The notes beneath the pieces are model-generated. The model was not told where the DNA came from. It did not search any database and worked only from the letters and a program-made list of their open reading frames with translations. Shown in pieces: positions 19,153 through 31,564 of a stretch of DNA of 64,000 nt. This DNA is from Thecamonas trahens ATCC 50062 (taxonomy: Eukaryota > Protista > Apusomonadida), in contig NW_013657669.1 in assembly GCF_000142905.1 (NCBI RefSeq), positions 507,037-571,036 of the forward strand, given 5' to 3'. Numbering within the stretch: the first letter of the stretch is position 1; every line of letters starts with the position of its first letter. The translations under genes and the position numbers were made by a program.

Positions 19153-20065
19153 CTAGCAGAGCGTGCGCGCCGGGCCGCGTGCCGGTGCCGGGCGATAAAA
19201 GCGGAAGGTGTGCGAGGCGCTATCGACGCCGATGTACTCGACAGGCTCGCCCGAGGCACCGGGTGCGGCACGCGGGACGACCGCGTGGGCGGCGACCGCG
19301 GCCGGGTCAGGCTTGCCAAACTTGACGTCGGGCGCCTCGTAGTACTGCATCATGAGGCGCGATGACCACCGCTGCTGCCGCATGCCGACCGGCGGCGTCG
19401 GCGCCCAGCCGGTCGGGGTGTGTGGCGGCTGGGTGTAGCCGACCTCGTTGACCGGGTCGTCGTACTCGTACGCAGCTCGCCGTGGGACGGGACCGGGCGA
19501 GGCCGAGACACCCGAGTAGCCTGGCGAGATGACTCGGAGCTCGTCACCGACCGGTATGGTCTCGTCGAGCTCGCCCAGCGTCCGTCCAGAGGCGGTCGAG
19601 AGCGGGCGCAGCGTGTCGTGCGAGCTCGCGCGGGCACCGCGGTGTGGCGATACCGCCACACCGCTGTAATCGTGCGGTTGGTAGCCGGGCGACCCGGTGT
19701 AGCGGGTGAACGACGAGGTTCCAGGAGTCGAGCGCGCGGAACGTGGCGTCGGGCGTGGCCGTGCGCGCCCGGCCTGCGCTGTCGCTGGGCGGCGGCGGCG
19801 CGGCTGCACCTCTAGCGGAGTCTTCAGCCGCGACTCGAGCGCCTGCCACGCCTGCCGTGACTCCTCCGACGTCACCCGTAGCCGGCGCGCAGGCGCAGTC
19901 GCCGGCCGGCGCGCCGACCATCGTGACGGCCGGCTTGTCGCCGCCGTCTGTGGGCGGCTGATGGCCGTAGCCACCGGCTCTTCCTCGGGAGCCGGGTGCA
20001 CACTCGAGCTGCGCAGCGGGCGGCTGTAGTTGCTGCGTGCGGACGCCGGGTCGTACACCTTTGCC
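19153..20065 (-). CDS. Hypothetical Arg/Pro-rich protein, last exon; upstream exon(s) unresolved
   Basis: Coding-like ORF segment with repeated RPxTA motifs downstream of a CACAG acceptor at ~20066. The upstream part of the ORF is repeat-rich and intron-like. Confidence 0.5.
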
Positions 20066-20695
20066 CTGTGCCCATCCGTTGAGTGAGTATGGAGTGCGTG
20101 TGTGATGGGTGTGATGAGGGTGATGGGTGTGATGAGGGTGATGGGCGTGATGGGTGTGGCGATGACGATGATGATGATGATGCCTACCACCACCACCACC
20201 ACCATACCTCCTCCCCCCCCCCCTCCCTCTTCCCCTCCCCTTCCACTTACTCCTGATACGGGGTCAGCCGTGGCTCCGCCAGCCGACCTGTCGAGGTGGG
20301 GCTGGGAATGCTCATAGCCGCAGACCTTCCCTTCTCTGCCTCTCTGCCTCTCTACCTCTAGCTGCAATCTATGTAGTTGGACCAGGTACTCCCTTCCAGG
20401 ACACGACTTGTGCTGCTGTGCGTGAGGTGTGTCTGTGGCCGTGTCTCTCGCCATGGTTGAAGTTGTGCGGGAAAGTGGGGAAAGGGGGGGGGGGGGGGGA
20501 GGGGGAAGGTCCCTGGTCTGCTGACCTGCGTGTCCGTCCTTGGAAGACTGCTGCTGGCATGGGACATGACATGACATGACATGGCACATGATCGTGAGAT
20601 GAAGGGAATCAATGATGGTCCATTATCGGCGTGGCAATCATGATGGATACCTGTAGCTGCATGTGGGTATGTGTGTTGCCTGATGTTCATTCACA

Positions 20696-23600
20696 TTACA
20701 GATCGTCAAGCATGTGCAGGCGGTCAACACGGGGCATCGACCGCGAGTGCTGTTGCTCAAGTCGACAGCTGAACCCATGTCCACTGGTCGACGACGATGA
20801 GTCAAAGTCGTCGTCGACCACCACTCGCGATCGTGATCGTGATCGCGTCCGCGTATCCGACCGCCGCACCCGGCCCGGGCCCGAGGCCGCCAGCGCCACG
20901 CTGACTAGATTGTCGGCCGCTTGCGGCTGCAGCGACGCTGATCGCCGCGGCTGGCCTCGCCGGGCCGGCCGTGAGCTCTGCGATATTGACCGCGCCGGTG
21001 AGGCAGAGACCTCCCGCGACTGCGGCGTTGACCCGCGGCTCCGGCTCAACTCCCGAACCGACCGCGACTGTGACGACATCCGCGACTCGGGCGCACGCCC
21101 GCCGCCGCTACCGCCGTCGCCGCCGTCATCAGCCACACCGCGACTGGCGCTCCTGGTCCGGGTCTTCGGGCTTCCTGCACTCTCGTCGCGCGCGCTGCCC
21201 GGCTTGTCCCAGGCACTGCGGCCTCGGCCAGGGCCATCGTCCCCACCTCCCACATGCGGCGTCGTGGGCAGCACCGCAACGTGCGGCGCCTCGCGATCGT
21301 CGTCGTCGCCAAATATAGGCACCACATCGGCGCGCAGCTCGGCTGCATACTGCACCAGCACCACCCGCCGCAGCCGTTCCAGCTCGACCGCCACATCCGC
21401 CACATCCTTGTCCTCGTCCAGCACCCTGGCCTTGCTCTTGCCCTTTGCCTTTGCCTTTGCCTTTGCCTTTGCCTTTGCCTTCGTCTTTGCCTTGGCTTTT
21501 CCCTTTCCCTTGCCCTTGGCCTTCGTCTTTCCCTTGCCCACGACGTGGCCATTGCTTTCGCCAAACAGGCTTTCGTGCTGCTCAGAGTACTCGTACCCAT
21601 ACCCATACCCATACCCATCGCCATATCCTCCGTATTCGCCAGCATCGTACTCGTCGTACGAGTCGCCCAGCGCTGAAGACTGGCTAGCGCCCCGATGGCC
21701 ATCCATGTCTGCGACGTTCGACAACCGCACGGCATGTCCAGTGGCGCCCGATGCATCTGACCACGAGTCCGATCCACTCGCTCTATCCGAGTCACGAGCG
21801 CCCAACCCGCCTCGCGGTGACTTGGACACTCGAGCGCTCGAACCACCTAGCGGCGGCTCGATGTTCCACAGAATCTGCTTGCGGAGATCGGTCATGTCGC
21901 GCGCACGCGGCTTGGCGCTCCAGTCTACCGACGAGCTCGCTCGCACGATCGACGGCGTGTTGGCGAGGATTGGTGCCGGCCGCGCCACACCCTCGCGCGC
22001 TTCGTCCGATAGGTACGGCAGGAAAGCCACAAGCACATACTCGCCCGACGCTGCGATCTCGACGTCGCCTGAAAACACATCCGAGTACCCAGGCGCCACA
22101 TCCTCGTTAAGCGACGGCGCGTGGAGGCCGTCGGCCGGGATGGTCTCGCCGGGGCCGTCTGAGAGCGACTCGCGCGCGAGCAGCGTCAGCACGTTGCGGT
22201 CAAGGTAGTGGACAGCCACGTATGCTGCGCCGAGAACAACCGCCCGGAACGTGACCAACGAGCCAGTGTCGAGTATCGCCGTGATCGGCGTCACCACCAC
22301 CGCGCCGTGGCCAGTCAGGGCGTCGACGTCGATGATGTCTTGGCGCGGATGCGCCGCCACGTCGGCGTCAGCATCGGCTGTCACCGTCGAGCGGTAGTCG
22401 AGCAGCGCTCGCCGCGGGTGCCACACGTCGTTACCATCCTGGTTGGCGTCGCGCCCGCACCGACCCCAACACCACCCCGTAGAGGGCACAATCGGCGCGC
22501 CGCCTGAGACTACCATGACGTACCGACCTGACTTGTAGAAGAGCACGTCGAGATGAACAGTGTGGTACTCGGGATTGTGCTGGACGACCAGGCTCATGTC
22601 GAGCGCGCGCTCGTCGCGCGCCTCTCCACTGTTCGCCAGCTGCGTCGTCGTCAGCGAGACCGCCGTCGGCCCGTGGCTTGTGGCGCGGGTCTCGGATCGG
22701 ATCCGCGCGTCGACCGTCGCCGCCTCCTCATTCCCGTATTGCAGAACAAGCGAGAGCCGCCCGTCGCTCGTTGTCGAGTACTGCAGCTGCGAGACAATGC
22801 GAAAGTGCGAGGTGAAAAAGTGTGAGAAGACATGGACGTTGTCGGTCGCGTACCCGCCCACAATGCCGGCGAGCTGCATGTTGCGGATGTGCACAATCTC
22901 GACCGCAACAGCCACCAGAATGATGGCGGAGAAGACACCTACCAGGCCGATGACAAGCAGCGCCGTCCAAAACTGCATCGCCTCGAGCAGTGCGCTCTCG
23001 CCCTTTCGCGCATTAACGCGGTACAGCACCACGCCGAGCGAGAGAATGAGCGACGACGCTGAGAGTGATATGAGCTCCAGCCGGTTCGTGGCTCGCTCGA
23101 TGTATGGCTGGCTGCCGAGTTGAAAGCCGAGGGCAGTGACCATGACCGCCGCAATGAGGATGATCTGCAAGTCAACTTGCCCCGCCAACAACTTGCCGCC
23201 GACCACTCCGATCTTGCGCGCCAAAATGACCAGTTCCCACAAGTAGTGCTCCGACCGGTAACGTCGGTACAGGAGGCCGCAGATAGCAATCGCTGACGGG
23301 TGGTGCAGCCGCTCGCGCTGGACAAGGAGAACGGCCGCAAAGGCAGCAGGAATGCCGATGCCGTAAAACGCGAGACCGATGACCGAAGCGTTGCGGAGCC
23401 AGGTCCATTGCGCCGACGCTGTTGTGCACGGAATGAGCGGCGCGGCGCGCATGGTCCTTGCCGAGCCCGCGCCCGCGCCATCCGGCCGTGCGCAGTCAAA
23501 GACCTCGAGCATGGTCACCAGCAGCATGATGTACACAATGGAAAAGAGCGAGAGACAGGCGTTGATGCACGCACGGCGGTACTTGGCGTTGTTGATGAGG

Positions 23601-25228
23601 GCAAGGACCGTCGACGGCGTAGACGCCGATGACACTTGGATCACGTCGTGCGCGAGGAGTGAGGTGCCGGCATCGCCGCGCGCCTTGGCCGCCCGCTTCC
23701 GCTGTATCCGCGCCCGGCACGCGAGGAGCAGGCCGTGGATGAGGATGCAGATGTAAATGAGGAGAAACATGGCGACAAAAGCGAGCGGAAAGAGCAGCTT
23801 GAGCAGCCACTTGGTTTCGTACGACATGCCACCTGACGAGGTGCAGTCGAGCGAGACCACGTCGAGGTTGAAGTAAAACACCGAGAGCCGCTCAAAGAGC
23901 GAGCGGACCGACGATGGCCACCCGAGATCAAAGGTGATGAGGACAGCGGTGACTTGGAAAAAGTTGAACGCAATCGAGATCGAGGTAAAGTACAACTTGC
24001 CCGACTTGGCTGTCCGGACAAGGACGAGGCAGACAACCAGAACAGCGACGACCAGGCCGGCGATGACAAAGCCCGAGTAGTTGGGGCACTGAGAACAAAC
24101 GCCATTGTTGCTGGGAGAGTAAAAGCCTGGCGCGCACGACTCGCACAGGCTCCCGACATACGCTGGCTTGCTCGTTGCCGCACCGCACGGCCCGCAGAGC
24201 TCGCCGAGACAGCAGGCGGCGGCGACCTGGCACGCTACATACGCGCCGGTCGCCGGATCGGTGCGAAAGCCTGGTGCCGAGACGCAGCGGTCTGCAATCG
24301 GCTGGCTACCGGCGCCACCAGCGGCGCACGCTTTGCACGACAGCGATCCGGTGACATTGGTGAACGCGTCGGCCGGGCACGGCTGGCACTCGCCGCCGTC
24401 AACTGGATTGAAGGTGCCGACCGGGCATGGCTCGCACGAGGTAAAGTCGGGAGACGAAGAGGTGGCAGGCGGGCACGCGATACAGCCCGACGCGCCGGAT
24501 GACGGCTGGTAGGTGCCGATCGGACAGCGCGAGCAGCTTGGGGCGCCTTCGCTACCCTCAAAGAAACCCGGCTTGCAACTCTCGCACGCTCTGGCGCCCG
24601 AAGCAGGCTGCGCCGTCCCGATCGGACAGAGGGTACACCCGGGCGCACCATCAGTTGTGGAAAACGAGCCCGGGAGGCACGGCGAGCACACCAGGGCGCC
24701 ATCATTGGGCGCAAAGGTGCCTGCTGAGCAGGGAGTGCAAAAGGTGGCCTCAGGAGCAGCGCTTGCTGAGCCGCGCGGACACGGATCGCAGACAGATGCG
24801 TTTCCGGCCGGCGCGTATGTGCCCGGGAGGCACGGCACGCACGCCAATGAGCCGAGATTGGGGGCTGCAAAGCCGGGCGTGCAGCTCGAGCACCGCTGTT
24901 GGCCGGATTGATCGGTGGCGGTGCCTTTTGGGCACGGCTTGCACGGAGCGATAGAGCCGGCAACAGGCGCATGAGTGCCTGGAGGACAATCTGGACAGAA
25001 GGAAGCACCGACAGGCGTTGCTGTGCCTGGGTCACATATCAACGGCGATGTCACATTGTATCCGCATGCATATCCCGGAGGACAAGGTTGGCAGCTCGAA
25101 GTGGTGGCATCAAAGAACGAGCCAGGCAAGCACACTGGGAAGGCGAGGCAGAGTCGGAGCGTTGGGCCTACTGCCACAAGAACGACCAGAGCAAGCCAAG
25201 CTCGAGACAACAGTGCTACTCCCTGCAT
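20696..25228 (-). CDS. Large receptor-like protein: signal peptide, tandem GCC2/GCC3 (ephrin-receptor-like) Cys repeats, multi-pass TM domain, cytoplasmic Ig-like and low-complexity region
   Basis: Signal peptide MQGVALLSRAWLALVVLVAVG, many CxxCPxGT(F/Y) repeats, about 8-9 hydrophobic helices and the motif LYRRYRSEHYLWELVILARK. Confidence 0.85.
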   Translation of the reverse strand: MQGVALLSRAWLALVVLVAVGPTLRLCLAFPVCLPGSFFDATTSSCQPCPPGYACGYNVTSPLICDPGTATPVGASFCPDCPPGTHAPVAGSIAPCKPCPKGTATDQSGQQRCSSCTPGFAAPNLGSLACVPCLPGTYAPAGNASVCDPCPRGSASAAPEATFCTPCSAGTFAPNDGALVCSPCLPGSFSTTDGAPGCTLCPIGTAQPASGARACESCKPGFFEGSEGAPSCSRCPIGTYQPSSGASGCIACPPATSSSPDFTSCEPCPVGTFNPVDGGECQPCPADAFTNVTGSLSCKACAAGGAGSQPIADRCVSAPGFRTDPATGAYVACQVAAACCLGELCGPCGAATSKPAYVGSLCESCAPGFYSPSNNGVCSQCPNYSGFVIAGLVVAVLVVCLVLVRTAKSGKLYFTSISIAFNFFQVTAVLITFDLGWPSSVRSLFERLSVFYFNLDVVSLDCTSSGGMSYETKWLLKLLFPLAFVAMFLLIYICILIHGLLLACRARIQRKRAAKARGDAGTSLLAHDVIQVSSASTPSTVLALINNAKYRRACINACLSLFSIVYIMLLVTMLEVFDCARPDGAGAGSARTMRAAPLIPCTTASAQWTWLRNASVIGLAFYGIGIPAAFAAVLLVQRERLHHPSAIAICGLLYRRYRSEHYLWELVILARKIGVVGGKLLAGQVDLQIILIAAVMVTALGFQLGSQPYIERATNRLELISLSASSLILSLGVVLYRVNARKGESALLEAMQFWTALLVIGLVGVFSAIILVAVAVEIVHIRNMQLAGIVGGYATDNVHVFSHFFTSHFRIVSQLQYSTTSDGRLSLVLQYGNEEAATVDARIRSETRATSHGPTAVSLTTTQLANSGEARDERALDMSLVVQHNPEYHTVHLDVLFYKSGRYVMVVSGGAPIVPSTGWCWGRCGRDANQDGNDVWHPRRALLDYRSTVTADADADVAAHPRQDIIDVDALTGHGAVVVTPITAILDTGSLVTFRAVVLGAAYVAVHYLDRNVLTLLARESLSDGPGETIPADGLHAPSLNEDVAPGYSDVFSGDVEIAASGEYVLVAFLPYLSDEAREGVARPAPILANTPSIVRASSSVDWSAKPRARDMTDLRKQILWNIEPPLGGSSARVSKSPRGGLGARDSDRASGSDSWSDASGATGHAVRLSNVADMDGHRGASQSSALGDSYDEYDAGEYGGYGDGYGYGYGYEYSEQHESLFGESNGHVVGKGKTKAKGKGKGKAKAKTKAKAKAKAKAKAKGKSKARVLDEDKDVADVAVELERLRRVVLVQYAAELRADVVPIFGDDDDREAPHVAVLPTTPHVGGGDDGPGRGRSAWDKPGSARDESAGSPKTRTRSASRGVADDGGDGGSGGGRAPESRMSSQSRSVRELSRSRGSTPQSREVSASPARSISQSSRPARRGQPRRSASLQPQAADNLVSVALAASGPGRVRRSDTRTRSRSRSRVVVDDDFDSSSSTSGHGFSCRLEQQHSRSMPRVDRLHMLDDL

Positions 25229-25440
25229 ATACACTGTTCGAGAGGTGCAAGCGGTAGGAGGTGAGGGCCGTGAGGTGCGAGTGCCGATCCGCTCTCGCTC
25301 TCTCGGTGCGGCTTGGCGGCTCTTGCGACGGTGTTCGCCGCCGAGTTGAGTGGCTTGGGCATTGTCTGTTCGTTTGTTGTTGTCATGGCGGAACAAATCC
25401 AGCACGCCCGCCCGCCCGCCTCTTGGATGTCTCTTCCTGC

Positions 25441-27108
25441 TTACAGACTCGGCAAGAGCTGGGTGAGGGCAGCGTCAAGCAGGATGCCGCCATGGGCGAG
25501 GCGCGGCTCGGCGGCGGCGGCGGTGAGGAGCTCGTTGGCGCCGGCTTGAGTGAGTGCGTTGGACATGAGATCGAGCGAGGTGAGCGAGTGGGCGCGGGCG
25601 AGCGCCGGGAGGAGGTGGGCGACGGCGGCGTCGTCGACGGCGTTACCGTTGAGGCGGAGGGCACGGAGGGGAATGCTGCCATCGCGGGCAAAAAGGGCGG
25701 ACGACGCGAGCGCGTCGATACCGGGCGAGCCGATGTCGCAAGCGCCGAGGTCAAGGAGGGCTAAGATCGACCGAGTCTCCGGCAGCGAGAGCGCGGCGGC
25801 GAGAGCGGCGGCGCCACGGTTGCCGATGTCCTCGTTGGCGTAGGCTGTAATGGCGGTGAGAGTGTGAGAGCCGCAGATGAGCGCACCGAGCGCGGCGGCG
25901 CCATCGACCCCACAGGCAACGCAGTTGAGGTTGAGCGAGACAAGGTTGGGCAGCGCAGCCGGTGCTTGCGGCGAAGCAAGGGCATCGACAATGGCGGAGA
26001 CGCCCGAGTCGCCGAGCTCGTTCATCTCAAACGAAAGATGGGTGAGCGATGGCATGATGACGCCCGAGGTGAGCGCGGTGCCGATGCGTGCGGCGTCGTC
26101 AGCGGAGAGTTGGGTGTCAAAGAGCACGAGGCGGGTGAGCGCGGCTTGGACCGGAGGGCGGGCCAGAAAAGCCGAGAGCGTCGGCAGCCACAACGCCGGG
26201 GTAGCCAAGTCATCATCGTCGTCGTTGTCCACGTTGCCGGGCCGGAGAGTGACGGCGGCGGCGTTCGAGGTGACGGCAACAAGCGCGTCGGCGATGCGGT
26301 GCGGGGCAACGAGTGCGCGCGGCGGGAGGGCAAGAGACGCCCGTGGATCGAGCGCGTCCTCCTCAAGTAACAACGCGAGGTTGTCGAGGCCGTAGTCCGC
26401 AGCGTCGTAGTACTCGTCGTACACGCCGTATAGAGTGAGCAGGCGTGGGAGGACGGGGTGGCCTTCCACCATGGAGTGAAGCCACTTGAGCGCGCCACCG
26501 GATCCGATCGAGTCAGACGGGGAGTCAGGAGCGACGAGCGAGCCGTCCATCAGCGGATCAGCGTCGGGCGCCGCTAGCGCATCGTCGTCAAGAAGAACAA
26601 CCTGGACAAGCGGGCAGTTGCTCGCTACCTCATAGAGTACCTGGGCCGAGACAAGAGTAGCACGCAGATCAAGCGCCACCACGTCGGCTCCAATCCGGTC
26701 CAGCATAGCCCCGACATCGCCGTCAGCCAGATCAGTACATCCCCGGAGCACGAGCCATCCATCGGAACTGACCCGAGCTGCAGCCGCCACCTGGTCGGCG
26801 GGCGTGCCCGGGGGCGCCACCGGCTCGAGCCCGTTTGCCCATCGAATCCACAACGGGAGCGGATCAGTGTGTGAGCTCGGCTTCTGCTCTGGGCTCTGGC
26901 CTCGTGTCTTGGTTGACAACGTTGCTGGTGACCGTGCCGGCTCCTTTGGCGACTTTGATCGCGACTTGCCCGCCTTGGACGACTTGCGCGCCGGCGTGGA
27001 GTGCCTCGGCTCACTTCCAGCCCCTGCCGACTCTTGCTCTCGCCCGCCTGCCTTGGTCCTGCGCAGCGGTGGGTCATCCGGAGATGGTGATGACGCACCA
27101 CAACCCAT
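25441..27108 (-). CDS. RNI-like leucine-rich repeat protein with an N-terminal myristoylation/palmitoylation motif
   Basis: Starts MGCGASS. LRRs include LTHLSFEMNELGDSG, LALLDLGACDIGSPG, LRALRLNGNAVDD and LTSLDLMSNALTQAG. Confidence 0.8.
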   Translation of the reverse strand: MGCGASSPSPDDPPLRRTKAGGREQESAGAGSEPRHSTPARKSSKAGKSRSKSPKEPARSPATLSTKTRGQSPEQKPSSHTDPLPLWIRWANGLEPVAPPGTPADQVAAAARVSSDGWLVLRGCTDLADGDVGAMLDRIGADVVALDLRATLVSAQVLYEVASNCPLVQVVLLDDDALAAPDADPLMDGSLVAPDSPSDSIGSGGALKWLHSMVEGHPVLPRLLTLYGVYDEYYDAADYGLDNLALLLEEDALDPRASLALPPRALVAPHRIADALVAVTSNAAAVTLRPGNVDNDDDDDLATPALWLPTLSAFLARPPVQAALTRLVLFDTQLSADDAARIGTALTSGVIMPSLTHLSFEMNELGDSGVSAIVDALASPQAPAALPNLVSLNLNCVACGVDGAAALGALICGSHTLTAITAYANEDIGNRGAAALAAALSLPETRSILALLDLGACDIGSPGIDALASSALFARDGSIPLRALRLNGNAVDDAAVAHLLPALARAHSLTSLDLMSNALTQAGANELLTAAAAEPRLAHGGILLDAALTQLLPSL

Positions 27109-27592
27109 TTGTAGCGTGAGTGGTTTGTTGGGAGACGTGTATGTGGTCTTGGGCATTGTGCCGTGTCGACAGCCTGTCCGTTGCCGCAGTTTGGCAGAGC
27201 TTGGCGATGCCTGCCGCTGCCTCTCTTTAGGCCAACTAAGGCCAAGCAAGGGAGATGAGGAGGGAGAGAGAGACACATGCGATCGAGCAACCGCCGCACA
27301 TAGTTATCACCCAATTGTCGGTAGTCAGATCGTGGATGATGGCAATGGTAGTGCGTGTGCCCCTGTCCCACCGCCTCTATAAGCCAACCTCGCGTGCCTC
27401 CCCGGCTCCAACCACGTCTGCTGTACCCTCCTCAAGCTTCAGCACGGGTGCGATGGGACAACTACCGCCATCCAGGGCCATCCAGGGCCATTCCGCCCAC
27501 ACCTTCCTCTCGTACTTCAACACCGCCACCATCACCGGTCATCATCGATCATCATCGTCGGAAGGCATACCTCTCTCTCTCCGGTGTGATCC

Positions 27593-30140
27593 ATGTCGTC
27601 GGAGAAGCTCACCCGAGTTGCCATTGTTGAGGCTGAGCGGTGCAAGCCGCGTCGTTGCGGCCTCGAGTGCAAGCGCAACTGCCCCGTTGTTCGCATGGGT
27701 ACGTAACATTGCTTGCCCTTTCTCTCTCCATGAGTACCACCCCTATCCTGGTATTGTGTAGTACCTTGTCATGGCCTCCCCCCCCCCCCCCCCCCCCCCC
27801 CTGCTGCCGCCGCCCTCCAACTCGGCGGATGGTGATTGGGCGTCTTGTTGCCAGGCAACGCCCACTCCTGGTCTTTCCTCCCGCCATCCTCAACGACACA
27901 TCCGTGTGACACGTCCATGACTGGACACTACATGTACCTCGCCCAATGCTCTACCCAACGAGTCCACTATGTGGGGTATGGCTCGTGAGGTTCGCTCGCC
28001 TTTTGTCGCTCAGTGGACGCCCTTGGAACTCGGCTTGGTCACTTTGGGAAGATTTCTGTCCGACGGCGCCGGACCGACCCGACCTCGTTGACCTCGATTG
28101 GATGCGATTGGGTGCGTTTGGCAGGGCACAATGGTCAGCTGTAGCTGGGCGCACTCTAGATGGCGGGCTTGGGCCTGGGAATGGGGCTGGGAAGCGGTTT
28201 GGATTGATGGTGGCGCGCTGATCGAAAGGCAGAGGCGAGCGTGTGCGGGTGTATTTTTGCTGCTCTGGACGCAGGGCCCGATGGGCAGCCCGATGGGCAG
28301 CCCGATGGGTCGTGTGCGGACAAATGGGGCTCGGTAGCTTGATCGGATGAGGACTCATGATGGCGAGGGTGCGCGCTCTCTCTTTGTGTGTGGTACGAGG
28401 GTTGTAGGCAAGTTGTGCATCGAGGTGACGTCCAAGTCGAAGAAGTCGTGGATCTCTGAGGAGCTCTGCAATGGATGTGGTATTTGCGTGCGCAAGTGCC
28501 CGATGAAGGCGATCACGATCATCAACTTGCCGAAGAACCTGTCGAAGCAGACGACGCACCGGTACGGTGCCAACTCGTTCAAGCTCCATCGGCTGCCGAC
28601 GCCGCGTGCGGGGCAGGTGCTGGGGCTTGTGGGGACGAACGGTATTGGCAAGTCGACGGCGCTCAAGGTGCTGGCCGGCAAGCAGAAGCCGAACCTGGGC
28701 GACTTTGAGGACCCGCCGGACTGGGAAGACATTCTGCGGTACTTCCGCGGGTCGGAGCTGCAGAACTACTTTACCAAGATCCTGGAGGACGACATCAAGT
28801 GCGTGGTCAAGCCGCAGTACGTGGACCACATTCCCAAGGCGGTCAAGGGTACAGTGGGCTCGATTCTGGAGGCCAAGTCTGAGCGGGACAACGAGGCCGA
28901 GCTCATCGAGCTCCTGGAGCTGGAGGATGTGCAGCAGCGTGATGTCAAGGCGCTGTCAGGTGGCGAGCTGCAGCGGTTTGCCATTTGCGTGGTGGCGGTG
29001 CAGGAGGCGGATGTGTACATGTTTGACGAGCCGTCGTCGTACCTGGACGTCAAGCAGCGTCTGACTGCGGCGCGGGTGATCCGCGACCTGGTGAAGGACG
29101 ACTCGACGTACTGCGTGGTTGTGGAGCACGATCTCTCGGTCCTTGACTACCTCTCGGACTACGTGTGCGTGCTGTACGGCAAGCCCGGTGTGTACGGCGT
29201 GGTCACCATGCCGTACTCGGTCCGCGAGGGCATCAACATCTTCCTCGCCGGCTTTATCCCGACGGAGAACCTGCGGTTCCGCAACGAGGCGCTCACGTTC
29301 AAGGTGGCCGAGACGGCCGAGGAGGACGAGGCCGACGACTCGCGGTTCCGGCGCTACTCGTACCCGTCGATGGTCAAGACGTTCCACGACAAGAAGACCT
29401 CGTCGAGCTTCAAGCTCAACGTCGAGGCTGGTGAGTTTACCGATGCCGAGATTGTCGTCATGCTCGGCGAGAACGGCACAGGCAAGACCACGTTCATCCG
29501 CATGCTCGCGGGCCTGCTGCAGCCGGACGACGAGTCGGTCAACGTGCCCGAGCTCAACGTCTCGTACAAGCCGCAGAAGATCTCGCCGCGCTTCAAGGGC
29601 ACTGTCCGCCAGCTGCTTACCAAGAAGATTCGGACAAAGCTCATGACGCCGACCTTCCAGGCCGAGGTCATCCGCCCGCTCCTCATCGAGGAGATTATGG
29701 ACCAGATGGTGCTCAACCTCTCCGGCGGTGAGCTGCAGCGCGTCGCCCTCACGCTCTGCCTCGGCCACCCGGCCGATGTCTACCTCATCGACGAGCCGTC
29801 GGCGTACCTCGACTCGGAGCAGCGCATCTCTGCCGCCCGCGCCATCAAGCGCTACATCATCCACGCCAAGAAGACCGCCTTTATCGTCGAGCACGACTTT
29901 ATCATGGCCACCTACATGGCCGATCGTGTCGTCGTCTACTCGGGCCAGCCGGCCGTCGAGGCCACCGCCAACACGCCCGAGTCGCTCCTCACCGGCATGA
30001 ACAAGTTCCTCTGCTCGCTCAACATCACCTTCCGCCGCGATCCGGCCAACTACCGCCCGCGCATCAACAAGCTCGGCTCGGTCAAGGACTCGTCGCAGAA
30101 GTCGTCGGGCAACTACTTCTTCATGGACGACGAAGACTAA
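27593..30140 (+). CDS. ABCE1: ABCE1/RLI1 ribosome recycling Fe-S ATPase; exons 27593-27698, 28408-30140
   Basis: Fe-S domain [26 protein letters not shown]...[12 protein letters not shown] and two ABC cassettes ([24 protein letters not shown] twice). Joined by a phase-1 GTACGT...TGTAG intron. Confidence 0.97.
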
Positions 30141-31564
30141 GCGTCACAATAACATCATCACCGCAGTGCGACGAGGGGCAGGGAAGATGCAAGAAGGAAG
30201 AAAGAAAGGGGTGGTGTGGAGATACAATCGAATGTTATTATGACACGCGTATCGTGGGCTCGCATCGGCCGACAACGCCGTAGCCGACAAGGCTGGCGTC
30301 TGTGCCGAAGCGAGGAAAGAGATAGAGCCGGGCGCAAGCAAGCTCAGCGAGGAGCAGCGCGGCGAAAATGTGCAGTTAGCAGAGCATGGTACACAACCTT
30401 GTCGTCTGTTTCATGATTCGAGTCATCGATGATGAGTATGGGCGCAAGGGAAAGGGTGATGGCATGCGGTGCAAGGGGAAAAAAATAATCCAGTCCGGAC
30501 ATTGGTCGCCGACCATCAACCTCACCATCCACTTTGTCTGTCTCTCGTGCGGCGCTTCATGAAGGCAGCGGGACGCGGGAGGACAGGCAAAGAGGAGGAA
30601 GAAGGAAGAACGGGAAGACCAATGCAGGAAGATTGCAAGAGACTCAGTCCAAGGAAGGCATTGTATTTTTGCCTCAGTCATGGGCTCTGGACCGGTTCCG
30701 GTCGTACCAACACGGCTCAACACAATAGAGAATGGGGAACCCGCAGCTGCAAAAAGCAGAAGGGGCTCAACCCAAGACCTCTACCATGGAACAACGTGTG
30801 GGTCTAGGCACGACCGGTCGGATATTCCAGTTTCAGACGTAACACTGCGAATGTATGGGTAACAATTCATCATTGCCTCAAGCAACCACAAGGGGGTGGT
30901 GATGGTAGGGGGGGGGGGAGGGGGAGGGGGAGGGGCGTACCGTGGGATGGACGAAAAGGATTTGGATGAACCGAAAATGGGCGAGAAGTGGTTGCTCTTC
31001 ACGACGCAAACAGTTGGAAATAGGCAAGCCGCAAGTCATTGGCTTTGTCTGCTCGGGCGAACAATCGGATCGATGCGTGTCGAGCGATCGAGTTGATGGA
31101 GTCGTCGATGTGACCCCGAGTCATTAGGGCTGTTTTCGAGTCATTGGGTCGATTCGATCGATGCCGTCAGGATGAAAGGAAGAGTGCAATCTGCTTGTCC
31201 GTGCTTGATGGATCTGTTGATGGTGCCGTGGATGTGGCAACCATCGACAGAGAAGCGGGCGGGCCGGGAGGGGGGGGGGGGGGGGGTAAGGGCCTTTATT
31301 CCCATTGGTGTGGAGGAATCTCGAACCAAGTTGTCCGACGCCTTGGCGGGCGGCAGATTCTTCGCTGTGCCAGCCAGCCAGCCAGCCAGCCAACCAATGC
31401 CGCAGCCATAGCGAGAGCGACAGCGAGAGCGATAGGCAGCAGCACCTCACCAGCACTGTCTCCAACTCCACCCTCTTCGACCTGTGACCTGTGACTGTCC
31501 AGAAGCACGAGCACTTCCCTTTTCCCTCCCTCCCCTCCCTCCCGCCCCTGCCAAGAGCATCACC

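Noticed and set aside
30144-31480. Possible ncRNA or small gene downstream of ABCE1
   Set aside because: No tRNA, snRNA or snoRNA signature that I can support by eye.
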